A stretch of DNA of 62,651 nt, the filler included, from Rhabdomonas costata (Eukaryota), in assembly GCA_019059605.1 (NCBI GenBank). It is 37 parts of 37 records of this genome, joined end to end, with 100 filler letters (N's around TTAATTAATTAA, not from the genome) between each part and the next. Parts side by side here need not be neighbours in the genome. Positions count along the whole stretch, not along the records: positions 10,177 to 11,775 come from JAHMHO010012340.1; positions 11,876 to 13,471 come from JAHMHO010012341.1; positions 13,572 to 15,167 come from JAHMHO010012342.1; positions 15,268 to 16,863 come from JAHMHO010012343.1; positions 16,964 to 18,559 come from JAHMHO010012344.1; positions 18,660 to 20,255 come from JAHMHO010012345.1; positions 20,356 to 21,951 come from JAHMHO010012346.1; positions 22,052 to 23,647 come from JAHMHO010012347.1; 29 more parts are not named here. One strand, given 5' to 3'. The translations under genes and the position numbers were made by a program. Position 1 is the stretch's first letter, and each line of letters starts with the position of its first letter. Under the pieces are notes generated by a model. The model saw only the letters and a program-made list of their open reading frames with translations. It ran no database searches and was not told the origin of the DNA. Below, in pieces: positions 11,637 to 23,435 of the stretch.

Positions 11637-13747
11637 GTGTTCCTATCCACTAAGAGCTCCAATCATCTTGTCGTGTGGGTACTTTAACCCGCAATCAATG
11701 GCATCGGGCAGTGGGTTTTTGTTGTCCAGCCTGGTTCGCGATTCCATTGATTGCGGGTTAAAGTACCCACACACANNNNNNNNNNNNNNNNNNNNNNNNN
11801 NNNNNNNNNNNNNNNNNNNTTAATTAATTAANNNNNNNNNNNNNNNNNNNNNNNNNNNNNNNNNNNNNNNNNNNNTTTTTTGGTTGGAGACTCAGTATGG
11901 TCGTGCGCTCCGTATCGCTTTCCACGCTGGATAGCAAAGTTTGTTATTTCACGATTTTCCTACCCGACATGTCCACCTTTAGTTTTTCTGATTGTCGCGG
12001 TCGCCTTTTGCAATTACCTACCTGTGATATTACCTACGTGGCGGAATAAGCCGGATCGGCAAATGTGTGGACTTAATAATTTCGGCTGGGCAAATACGTG
12101 GTTTCTGGATGATCAGCAAAATAAAGGTCCGAAGCATATCTCCACCTCAGACTTTTTTTGCTAACTACCACTTTTTGCGCGTAATTTCATGCCTTGATGA
12201 TTTCAGAAGCATGTATTGCCAACGCTGCAGCAAATGGATAAGACACTGGAATATTGTACACCTCCTGTGTCTGAAAACGCATTTTCAATCAAAAAATCAT
12301 CCGTGGAGCAAAAACGGAACGCTGCAGACCTGCAAAAATGAAAGAGGCGCGGGTCACTACACGACAAGCCAATGAACGCAATGGGCCGGGTACCGCACCA
12401 CATAGCAACTCCGCCGACACTTCCAAGAATCAAGAATGGAGCTACGTGCGCCAACTGGTGGCAAGGCCCTTTTCTCAAACGTCTCCGCTTTTTGGCTCTG
12501 ACTATTGGTCGCTGAATAGCAAGGAAACGCCTGGAGATTATACAAACCGCAATCGAATTAAATGAAGAGGTATTTCAGCAAGCAAAGTTTGATCTTAAAA
12601 TAGGGATTTTTCTAATCGCACGCGGAAAAGTAAAACGCACGGATTGGGTTGAATACTTTGGGTCTAGCTGGCACTACAAGCCACACGTGCGAGTTTGCAG
12701 AGTGAGCTGGTCAAAGATGTCCGGAGCGTTCTGATCAAAAGGTAAATTTTCTGAAAAACGGCGCATCAACTCGGAGCGTTGCTGGTGCGGATATCAGAGG
12801 GCATGCGTACCGGTACTTCTAAAAGAGGCATTTAAATAGATTTCTACACATGCTGGCTTTAGAAAAGCGCATTCTAAGAAAGAAACATACCAAAAAATAC
12901 ACGAGAGGCGCGCAGGCAAACGAAGTAAACACGAGACTTGATTCGAGGGGTGTGGTAACAAATCTGTGGGCACAGAGTCCGAAGTAAGCGTCGAAAGGCA
13001 CATGGAAGATCCAAAAATTGGGGCTCGTGGAGCAGGAAAAAATTGGGGGAAGCCGGAAGTATCACGACAAGGCGCGGGCGGAGAGAAAATGCCAAAGCCA
13101 AACACGGCAGCTCACGGGTAGAACACGACACACGGAAGCAGGAAAGACGATGCACAGAAAAACGGGCACGCTAAGAGAGATCAACAGCTTTTAAAAGGGC
13201 TTACAGATCCAACAATTGAATAGCAATGGAGCCAAGTCAGCTACGCGTATCATTGCAATTAGACGTTGAGCCTTGCTTGCATCAAAGAGGTGACATTATT
13301 CCATCGATGCGGCTTCCATATTGACATGTGGGGGATTTTGACCAAATGTTCCTGGTACATGGTCTATGACACAGGGTGCTTACACGGCACCATCGTGGCT
13401 CTGAAGAAAAGTGGGCATTGGGTGCCTTTAATGGTCGAAACGGACTCCACATTGTTCCCCACAACCCCCACNNNNNNNNNNNNNNNNNNNNNNNNNNNNN
13501 NNNNNNNNNNNNNNNTTAATTAATTAANNNNNNNNNNNNNNNNNNNNNNNNNNNNNNNNNNNNNNNNNNNNGGTGGGGGGGGGAGGAGAGGGAGAGGACA
13601 GATGGAAGTTGGACAAAGGGTGAAGGGCGCTCACTTTTTGGGACCCTCTTCCGAACTCATTTGTCTGGATGCCACATAGAACCCTGGAGAATGCCCCCAT
13701 TGCTTGCAGGTCTTTCGTCTTCTGCACCCGAGGGTTTCCAAGAGCGA

Positions 13748-13963
13748 TCAGGGGAGAAAAAGTTGAATGTGAGGAGGCAAGGCGGGATCTATGAGGGCCT
13801 GTGCAGTAGCTGCCGCCGGAGGGGCCTGAGAGGCGCTGCGCGCGGCGCGGGCCCGGCTCTGCACTTCGCGAAGCCCTGGGAACACCCGAGAGCGGAACAG
13901 CTCCAAAGCCTCCGGGGTAAGCCCCAGGGCAATGCTATCCTCCTCAACTCCGAATGCGAACTC
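13748..13963 (-). CDS. Hypothetical protein exon (probably terminal)
   Basis: TTTGCAG acceptor, GC-rich open frame EFAFGVEEDSIALGLTPEALELFRSRVFPGLREVQ...*. Confidence 0.55.
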   Translation of the reverse strand, partial: EFAFGVEEDSIALGLTPEALELFRSRVFPGLREVQSRARAARSASQAPPAAATAQALIDPALPPHIQLFLP

Positions 13964-14224
13964 CTGCAAACACACGGAAAGAACGTGGTGGTGGTCCACA
14001 CATACACACACACACACACTCACACACACTTGCAGTGTCTCGATGCGGAACAAGAGAAGGGGCCACTTACATGCACATACATGGTGTAGGTGTTGTGAAG
14101 CAATGCAGGCGGCGTTGGCGTGCGATGGAAGGGGGTAGGACAACTTTTTCCGATTCAGCTTATGTTTTGAAAGTGCCTTCTTCACGTTTGTCGTTTTTGC
14201 CATGAGAATTATGATTTTTCTCAG

Positions 14225-14809
14225 AGACTGCTCGTCTGCAAGGCGCGCAGAAAGAGATTGCTGTGCTCTCCCACCGCTTGGAGGAAGCCCTTTCACACAG
14301 GTAAGTTGCCGCTGGATGGGCAGCTTTATGTCCACATGCTTGCTTTTCCCCATTGCTCTTTTATGTTGAGTTTTTGGACCTGGGTGGGCAGTTCGCATCT
14401 AGGACAAGCACGTGATACACATAAATTTAGAAATCTCTGTCGACAGTGATCCGAGGGGAACCAGTTCTTAAGGTTTTGTTCCCACTTGTGGCGTGTAGTG
14501 TTTTGTGTTATGTTTAAGATGGCAAGTAGTTTTGTTGTTTGTGTTGGAAGCGGGGGAAGGGGCATGCCTTTTTTTGTGGCCGAATTGTCCTTTGGTTGGG
14601 AAATTCTTGACCAATGGTAATGGTAACCAATGTTAACCGATATCCCCCCCCCCAAAAAAAAACGACCATTCTCCAGTTTTGTTCTTTTTGAACGCAGCAC
14701 TGCTCTGACCGAGCGGTGCAAGCTGCTGGACATCTTCTGCCTGAAGTCCGAGGCTCAAGCGCAGGAGCTGAACAACCGCATCAAGGCCCTGACGGATGAG
14801 AAGCCTCAG
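14225..14809 (+). CDS. Coiled-coil protein, internal exons 14225-14300 and 14698-14809
   Basis: TARLQGAQKEIAVLSHRLEEALSH|STALTERCKLLDIFCLKSEAQAQELNNRIKALTDEKPQ; GTAAGT donor, CAG acceptors, phases match. Confidence 0.75.
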
Positions 14810-15984
14810 GTGTGGTTTGTGGTGTGGCGGCGTGAATGCGGGAGGTGTGGCACGTTTCAGCCCCTCCTGGAATTGGCTTCAGTTCGCCTTGCGTGCTTGT
14901 TCGTGCTAATGTGAGTACCTTTCTGCATCACTAATGATACTTCTGTTTCATCACCCGGAGACGCATCACGGACGTTGCGGCGGGAGGCTCGCGCTCTGCG
15001 GGCTACTTCCCCACCCTCAGCACCCGCTCTTGCATTTTTTAATGGGCGTGCTCGGAAAGCGTACTCTAGTTCGTTAGCTCAGCACTGGCGACAGCAAATG
15101 ATGAAAAATCCGGAGGGAGACGCCGCTCTAATGATGGCTTCTATGGCTTCTCCATTTCACACAAAACNNNNNNNNNNNNNNNNNNNNNNNNNNNNNNNNN
15201 NNNNNNNNNNNTTAATTAATTAANNNNNNNNNNNNNNNNNNNNNNNNNNNNNNNNNNNNNNNNNNNNTGTGTTGGGGCCCGCGTCCCAAATGCAGCGCCC
15301 GTGCGGCCCACCAAGGAAGGCCACAAAACAGAACGCGAGCACAAAAGACCGTGACACAAAGAGACGCGTTGCGTGGGCACAGGCGTTGCCTATTCCGAAA
15401 CCTAACGACGCAAATTCATGGTACAAACGGGGCAACACACGGAAACTGAAGCGCACCAGGCGCCCAAAACAACTTCGAAACAGGGGTGCCTTTTTCTTCG
15501 ACCCCCGTTATTCAATTTAAACTTATTTTTCAATTTTTTCAATCTCAACCAGGATCTTCAACCCGGCACCTCCCTGTAACGGTCCTACTAATGTCAGAAA
15601 CCGCTCCCTGTGTAAATATTTTCCACTCTTTTCATGCACCTTTGCTTTCCATTTCCCCGCTTTTACACACTTCATTCTCCACATCCCCGTATTTCTCGAA
15701 GTGGAACCCTGGAAGTGTTTTTGTTTCCTTTTAACGCTTTTGTTTTGGGATTGGGAAAGAGAAGAGATTTTCAACTAAATTAAACCGAATAAACCGGGCC
15801 TTCAGCCCAATACCGGATTCGGTAGACCGAGCCCGCCCATACATCCTGACTCATTGCATCAATTATCAATGATCGCCCTTTTTTAGTACCAACCACCAAA
15901 GGTATGAGCAACGGGTCGGGCAAATCAAGCCACTCCACTCCAGTTCTGCCTGCCGAAACGGCAACGCCCCGAATGCTTGAACAG

Positions 15985-16230
15985 CTATTCTCGCTTTACT
16001 ACGCCAGCGTTCACCCGTACATGCAAAATATTACTCTTTATGATTTCCCGGAAAACCATACCTTCGCTCACAGAAAGGCTTGTTGCATACACAATGGCAA
16101 TTGGATCTGGCACCCTACGAAAGTCCTTCAGATCTTCATATGCCACCAACCAAAAAAAATTAGCTGCGTTCCCGTCGTACCTGGGAAATGCTGTGTCCTT
16201 TAACTGCCGTTTACGAACTATTCCGCTCAC
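15985..16230 (-). pseudogene. Possible decayed LTR-retrotransposon gag fragment
   Basis: FPRYDGNAANFFWLVAYEDLKDFRRVPDPIAIVYA resembles the PxFDG...WL..FE...P...I.YA capsid motif; no splice signals, no pol seen. Confidence 0.3.
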
Positions 16231-16448
16231 CAACACGGCCTGATTCGGCCCAAAAGTCAAAGTAACTGCTGCTGTTCCGGCTCCGTGGCCATACACTCCA
16301 CTCGGAAGTCCACACGTTACTCTTCATCTCTAAACCAGACTGTACTTCAACTGCCGTGTCGCCACCCTGCTGTCGACGCTGAGTCATCCAGGAAAAATTA
16401 AACATCTGCTCAAGGCTGTTGGTTCGCCTTCTTCTGACATCATTTTTG

Positions 16449-16450
<2 letters not shown>

Positions 16451-16490
<40 letters not shown>
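16451..16490. repeat. (CAAT)10 microsatellite
   Basis: Direct reading. Confidence 0.97.
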
Positions 16491-16492
<2 letters not shown>

Positions 16493-17311
16493 GACACAGT
16501 ACCACACAAGCAAGCTCGAACCAATTACACACAGTGGTTGGACGAAGGACGATGTTTTGCGCTGCCCATACAAACGTTTTAGTGAAACAATACACACTCC
16601 ACACACTCTATACGAGAAGGTCCTCTCAGCATTATACCGATCAATTCTTCCAACGCCTTGCGTGTCGCGGGCTGTGTGACTCTAAATCAGTCCCTGCCTC
16701 AGGCTGTCTTATACAAAACTGCAAAGAGCGTCACGAATCGGCCCTCTGAATGGCCACTTACATGTTCCGGTGGATTCAGAGGACTGCGGACCCGGACCGC
16801 TTCCGGAACGCCTTTGACACGTGTTGGGCGCTGCCTGGACTTACCTTAGTATGCACCACAAACNNNNNNNNNNNNNNNNNNNNNNNNNNNNNNNNNNNNN
16901 NNNNNNNTTAATTAATTAANNNNNNNNNNNNNNNNNNNNNNNNNNNNNNNNNNNNNNNNNNNNGTTTGTGGGGCGGTGTCCACCTGTCGGCTCGTCCACT
17001 TGCAGTGAGGGAGGGAAGTTGAGGTTTATTTGGTTTGATCTGCGAACATAAACCCCCTACCGGGTCACTGGCATCAGACATTTTCTCTGTTTTAATTGGA
17101 TGTAGTCCCTTATGGTGGCTCTGGGGTTTACAGAGTACTCTTATGGGTACTCTGGGGTGCTCAAAAAAAGGTGAAGGTATCCAGGCGCATATCGGTCGGC
17201 TCCATTGTTCGGTAGCTCGAGAAAGCGGACTGATTTTTGAGATTCAAATTCAAAATTTTAAATTTAGGCCGCTCTCTCGCTTCCTCGCTGCGTTTCTCTT
17301 TTGTTGCGCAG

Positions 17312-18033
17312 GAAATTGGAGGACATCCCCCGCCCAGCGTGGCCTTCTTCACTCAGCTGTATGGGTTTCTTCGGGTCAGTCACCCTCGAGCTGAGATGGC
17401 CACCCTGGCCCTGCTGGACATCGCACAGCGTCGAGAGAACCTGGATTCTTACCCCTTAGTCCAGCGCGCCCACTCCCGGGGCATGCGTCGCTGTGCAAAA
17501 TAATTTCATTTTCTCTTTCTCACTCTCTGGCTCAGCGCTGGGGGACCACCTCTTGTGAAATCGCAACTTCGTCGTTTTTTTCGTTGCCCTGTGATGGCAT
17601 GCTCCTTGTGGATATGCTTATGTTCCTGCTTAGGCAAGGAGGCAAGTCGGGAAGTGGCCCTTCCCTTTTGTGTGATAGTATTCAGAAGCATGCCCACGAC
17701 TTTCGGGTGTATGAAATGAAAGCTACTGGTCAGCATTTCCCTGGTGTTGGGTGTTCGGATACCTTCTGTGCACTCTATCGTTTTCGCACGCACACATACA
17801 CACTCTTTATGCGGCAGAACAGCGCTGACGGACGACCCAAGGCCGCGTACACGCGCGTATGGACGTGCATACTCGCTCACTCTCTCACAGGCGGGGACCA
17901 GATCCGGGTTCCCGTGCACAATATGGTTCTGCTGCAGAACCTCCTGGACCTTACGGTGCCCTTCCTGGTCGGCGTCACCTCCATCGCGTCTCCGTCGCCT
18001 CTCGTCTCGGCCTACCTGGCGCTCAAGGAGCTG
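17312..18033 (+). CDS. Hypothetical protein, internal exons 17312-~17480 and 17891-18033
   Basis: EIGGHPPPSVAFFTQLYGFLRVSHPRAEMATLALLDIAQRRENLDSYPLVQRAHSR|GGDQIRVPVHNMVLLQNLLDLTVPFLVG...LALKEL; pyrimidine-rich CAG acceptors and GC-rich codons. Confidence 0.65.
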
Positions 18034-19212
18034 GTCTCTCGCTCTCTTCTGTTTTTTTTAATTCTGCGTGGAGGATCTTCACCCTGAGCTGTACTTACAT
18101 TCATTTCCCGTATTTCCCGTGCAGAAAGGGGCATAGGAATGCCAGCTGGAACCCCCGGGCTTGTCCTAAACCGTGAACTAAATCGCTTTCAGTGGCCTTA
18201 ATCGCTCGCCCTCTCCATCTCTGCCGCCACGAATAAAGGCAAGCAAACGCAGTCGTGGGGGATTCTTACGCCGCCTCGGTTGCCCTCTACAACCTCTACC
18301 GGAATGATGTTTTCGGACGCCTACTGTAATACACTTTAGTAGGTGAGGGCACCACAATAAGAGGGCGAAGCCGAAGCAGGTCTGGGGTTTTTTGTATATG
18401 TACAACAGTCTTTCTGTAAATTATTGTTACAGTTTCTCCTTCTTCAGAAACCAACCGGAACATTGCTTCAATGCACCGAGTGCGATCCATGGCTCCGCAA
18501 AGAAACCAATCATGTTTATCAACTCCACAAGAGTCTTCAAACCCTGGAAACCACCACCCNNNNNNNNNNNNNNNNNNNNNNNNNNNNNNNNNNNNNNNNN
18601 NNNTTAATTAATTAANNNNNNNNNNNNNNNNNNNNNNNNNNNNNNNNNNNNNNNNNNNNGTGTTGTTGGACATTGTAAAGAGCTGAGCTTCATGTGACAA
18701 CGAAGCTGTGCGTGTGTGCGTGTTGAGAGATATAGACCTTTCTTAAGACTTAAGTCTCGCGACTGCTAGAGACTCTGTCGTCTCCAGAAATCTTATGTCC
18801 ATGATCCACGACCAGGCACTTGATGGCCCCCGATGTTCCACAGGGGAAGTCCTGGTTGGGGTGGGGCCAGAGTTGCCTTCATCCTAACGCCTAATCGAGA
18901 CCAGGCTGTTAGATCATGATATAGATTCGAGCCCACTTCGGTGCCTGACAGTATCCGTACCAGTGTTCTCCCTTCACATCCAGCTCAGTGTGTGTATGTG
19001 TATGTGTGTGCTGAAGAGCTCGGATGGCCTCACGTTCGGAAACATAGCGAGTGCGCATTCCGTGTATCGGCGAAAGACATTTCTGAGGGCGTTAAACGTA
19101 TAGCACTGATTGACGCCTTTGATCGTTCTATATCATTCGAATTTTCGCTGCGTAACAGACAATTGGGAAAACTGGCCCGCGCCGCTCCCTTCGTGTTCCT
19201 TCATACCCACAG

Positions 19213-19294
19213 CTACAACCACACCCCGCTGAAGGTTCTGGGTGTGCTGGACAAGCCCGAATACGTGGAGTTCTTCTCCCAGGGCAGCACACAG
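19213..19294 (+). CDS. Isolated internal exon, hypothetical protein
   Basis: CACAG|..YNHTPLKVLGVLDKPEYVEFFSQGSTQ|GT with strong G/C third-position bias. Confidence 0.6.
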
Positions 19295-20355
19295 GTTCAG
19301 AGCGGCTGGGCTCAGGTTGCTTTCCCCCCGAGTGTTAGCATCGGTTGAGAAGTGCTCGCGAAAGTAGCGGGGAACAAATCTCACTTTCAAATACCCAAAG
19401 ACAGCGAAGACAGCGGTCCGATACATTTTTTTGGGGAGTCTTGAACAGTTCAACGACGTTGAAACCTTGTGCTACGTCACTGGTTGTTTTGTATACCTTT
19501 TTTTTTGGTAATTCTGGTGAGTTAGAGGACTGACTTCGGCCGTTGCCGGAGCGGGCGGCTGAGTTGGGACCGTTGGCTGGGGGGAGTGGGGACTTTTCAG
19601 TCATGCACCCCAGAAGCAACATGTGAAGGGGTTTCTGACTGCCGAGCTCACGAGCATCTTCGCACTTTATCGTTTCACTTCGTTAAACTGCATACTATCC
19701 CCCAACCCCAACCCCAACCCGAAAATGCATCGGACCCCAAAAGTAGTTAAAGCACGGTTCGCATCATTTGCAAGCTTTTGGCGAAAGGCTTTCTGGTGCT
19801 CGGTATGCCTGCAATTGTTGGTTTTCCGTCATCATGGATTCCGTTTTCTGTGACGAGACGCACGATTATGCGTTGCCAGTCTCTCTTTGTATGCCCTACC
19901 TTGAAAAATGAGCTGTCAAACACTTGGAATTTTCATCGCCCGGCATTTCACAAGCGGTGGCGTCCAAACCATGTACGGTGTACGGCACGCCGGAACAGGC
20001 CTGGGGTCTTTTGCTCATACAGTAGGCCTCCCGAAACGCTGCGTGGCCGGTCCTTGGGGTGACAAGTTTCTTACCTCTCACGCTCGGCCGGCTGTCGGTT
20101 GTCGTGCCCTTGGAGGATCCCTTTTTGCCCCGACACAGCGGAGGGTTTACGACTATAGTTCTACTATATTTCCTTTCCTACTATATTTCTTTGTATAGGT
20201 GCCGTCCTTTGTGACCTCAGATGCCCGTGAATGGCGGGCTTCGACCCCCCCCCACNNNNNNNNNNNNNNNNNNNNNNNNNNNNNNNNNNNNNNNNNNNNT
20301 TAATTAATTAANNNNNNNNNNNNNNNNNNNNNNNNNNNNNNNNNNNNNNNNNNNN

Positions 20356-20533
20356 GGGCTGGACATTGTGGACACCTCCGTGGTTGTGCCCTCCAACTAC
20401 GACTGGGACGATGCGAGATACCGCCCGGATCACAACTTTGTTAACTTGAAGATCCTTGCTGGACACCAGGAGTGCCGGCACAGGGAGCTTAACCTGCGCT
20501 TCTCACGGTGCTTCATCCTGCAAGCGAGCTCCG
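20356..20533 (+). CDS. Partial exon, hypothetical protein
   Basis: LDIVDTSVVVPSNYDWDDARYRPDHNFVNLKILAGHQECRHRELNLRFSRCFILQASS, followed by a GTATGT donor. Confidence 0.6.
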
Positions 20534-23208
20534 GTATGTCTCTTCTCTTTTACTTCGGGTAGAGCTTTCGTGTGCAGAAGTGGGAGGGCGAGTACGGCCC
20601 GAAAATAACTGACAGAAGGAAAGACAAGGATTGATGACAAACCAGGGGCATAGTCAAGCTGCGCATAATTCAGGAAGGAAGGAAAAGTAAGGTGGTTTGT
20701 CGAGAAAAGCTAGTCCATCGCAGAACAATCGACTGAAACCAAATGCAACGCAACGACAGAGCGAGATGCTGGCACGGCAACGCCAGTAGATACCGGTGCT
20801 ACCCGGTCACCCATCCGAAAGAAAAGCTCCAAGGGTCGTTCCCGCGGGAATAGACCCCAACCCCCAAGGAAGGAGTGTGGAGTCGCAGAGACCGGAGCAG
20901 CAATGGAGCAATGCAGGTAGCCGCTGGAAAAGAGCAGCACAAGGCCCGCGACCCGTGGGGCAAAAGGGAGGTTACCCATATGTGGAACCCGTCAGTCCAG
21001 AGTGGTCACCGACAACCAGCAACCAGGCAACCAGGCCATCACTTCCACTCTCTGTATAGCTGTGGCTGGCTTTGTTCTTGTTTGCTCCTTCTCCCAAGTA
21101 AGTAGTGGAGGCAACAAGTACGGGAGGTTCCCAGTGTGATCTCGGCCGGAGCAGCGCCCCCCCCCCCTCTCTCTCGCTCTCTTCCGGCTCAGACCTCCTC
21201 GCTCACAGATTGCGGGAATGGGCATCAGCCCTGGCGTACCGAGGTTGGGGCAGCTGAGAATGTGTTCCCCGTGGACGTCCTTTGTCCTTTGGACGTCCCT
21301 TGGAAGCCGCATGCAGAGCTTATTGCAGCTTCGGGAGAGGAGAACAAAGGGACACCAAGCCAGCGGCGACACAGCAGCTGGAGGTCAACGGCCGAGAAGT
21401 GAAGGCCCAGGGCAGCGCAGGGTGCAACATTCAACCAGGCTGAGGCAAGAGGCTGAGAGTGGCATTCCATGCGGAAACGGTCCCGAGGGGTCCCTCGAGC
21501 GGCGCACGTGAGTGCTCGGCCACTTGCTGACTCCAGGTGCACTGGCAGGAAACCGCCTTGGCTTCGGAGGGCAGCAACCTGCGGATGGAGTCTGAACGTA
21601 TCCAACCGGAAAGCACGTCAGAGGAACCCGCCAAAAGCCGCTGCACACGTGTGACCGCATCAAGAAACCCGACGGGGAGAGAAGAAGGGCGTTCCCAACG
21701 ACAGTTTCACCAGGTCTGAGCTCGTCTCCAAAAGGGAGTCACCACCTCAAAGACCCTCTTTTGTCCAACCAAAAAAGGATAGTATACACGGAAAGCGGGA
21801 ACTGTCCGTGTGTGCGTGACCGTCTGTGCCAATTTTGACTTGACTTTACAAACTTGAATATTTTGACCTACCCCCGGGTTAGTATGTGTGGGCCATCCGA
21901 TGGAAGTGGTCCGGACCGCCGAATCGAAGGCTATGTGGCAGCACGAACGAANNNNNNNNNNNNNNNNNNNNNNNNNNNNNNNNNNNNNNNNNNNNTTAAT
22001 TAATTAANNNNNNNNNNNNNNNNNNNNNNNNNNNNNNNNNNNNNNNNNNNNGTGGTGTGTGTGTGATGATGATGACCGCAATAGAGCCATGGTGGCTCCT
22101 GGTTGCGGGTCGTCCCATTAATCCCAAGTCGGATGGGGGAGCCTCCATGTGGCGGAGGTGGAAACGGCCCACCCTAGGCTGGCCAATATCCCGACACCTG
22201 CCCTGACGTGGGGGAAGTCTACGCTGCTTAGACGCCCCCAGGGGTGGATATGCTGGGTAGTCTGCGTGGGTCGAGCGGTTGTGAACCGCCTTGGGTCTCT
22301 CACGGTCCCGAGCCCGCACAGCACACGCACACGTTCCGCGAGCGGGGCAGGGCGCGCCTTCCCTGGGGGTAGTCTCTGCACGGTTGCAGAGTACACGCCT
22401 CCGAGGGCGGTTGTTTGGTAGTCTGCAAAAGGTTCGCCCGCGCAGTACACGCCTTCTTCAGCACCCGGGCCGCCAAAGTCGCTCATGAAAACCACCAGGT
22501 GGAATCCCCCGAAAAAAACGGGGATAGCAGGCGCCTCAAACTCCGACTGGGCTGAAAGGAGCTCCGTGCTCCGGGGTTGGGGTCACGTCAGGGTGCTGAG
22601 GTAGCGAGTGCCGTCCCAGCGGGCTCGTGCAAGTCGGACTCTGGGCCCAAATACCAACCCGGTCGCCTACCTGAACACCGAGCCCCCTGATGACGGCAAT
22701 CGACACAACGACAACAAGGAATCTCGTTGGGACGGCTCTGCTACAGTTTCTGGGTCCTTTTCGTTTGCCATTATCCTTCTTTCTCCGTGAACTGGGACTG
22801 GCTGAGGCTTTGGCAAGGGCCTTGGTAAGGGGCAATAGTTTAGGAGCGCTGGACAGCACCGCGGCAAGCTTCTTCGCAGAAAATGCCCCAATTTCGGTGG
22901 TTAGGTGCAACAATAATATTCTGAGATAGACTTTGTTATTCGTCGACTGCTTTCACCACCCAAGACAAAGCACAATAACAGCCAAGCTTCGTCAGGGTAC
23001 CAAACCTGCAGGGGGTGAAACCCAGGAGTGTCACTATGAAACAAAAGGTAGATTTATCACTTTGCTCACTTCCGTATAAAGTTCTAACACCATTCTTCCA
23101 GCACCCAGCGTGGCAGTCTTCCTCCAAAACAAAGCAATCGTCCCAAAGCCGCGCTGTCCAAAAAGGGTCACGGGTGAAAATGGTGACGGGCGAGAGAGAT
23201 TGCCGCAC

Positions 23209-23435
23209 CTGAGAGAGGGTCCCGTTGGGGCACCCTTGCACCGCTGTGGTGCTCGTGGAGCACATCAGAATGGGTAAGGCAGGGAAGCTGGCGACCAGCC
23301 GCTTGGTCTGGGCGTCCAGGATGTACACGCTGTAGCCCGGCACAAACCCAAAGCCCTGTAGTATGGTATTCAGGAAGCCCAGCTCCAGGTCCGAGCCCGT
23401 CACTCCAAGCAGCTCCCCCTCCGGGGAGTAGATCC
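23209..23435 (-). CDS. dCache-type extracellular sensor domain exon (receptor cyclase/kinase-like)
   Basis: IYSPEGELLGVTGSDLELGFLNTIL...GYSVYILDAQTKRLVAS fits the dCache_1 pattern (G.L.GV.G.D..L..L...L.....G..YI.D); CAG acceptor and GTGCGG donor. Confidence 0.75.

Noticed and set aside
12203..12502. Possible TGA readthrough (QKHVLPTL...ADLQK*KRRGSLHDK...)
   Set aside because: No homology on either side; recognisable genes end normally at TGA/TAA and use TGG for Trp, so there is no sign of a variant genetic code
18870..18947. tRNA-like T-arm (GATTCGAGCCCAC)
   Set aside because: No consistent acceptor, D or anticodon stems
19700..19720. (CCCCAA)3 telomere-like repeat
   Set aside because: Only three internal units and not the TTAGGG expected for Euglenozoa
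20560..21940. Possible decayed retroelement (LAHRLREWA...)
   Set aside because: No RT catalytic or endonuclease motifs in any frame
22118..22520. 125-aa minus-strand ORF preceded by TTTTTTTCG, resembling the 3' end of the Euglena spliced leader
   Set aside because: Only a low-complexity 9-mer matches; the ORF has no recognisable family and is out of phase with the dCache exon
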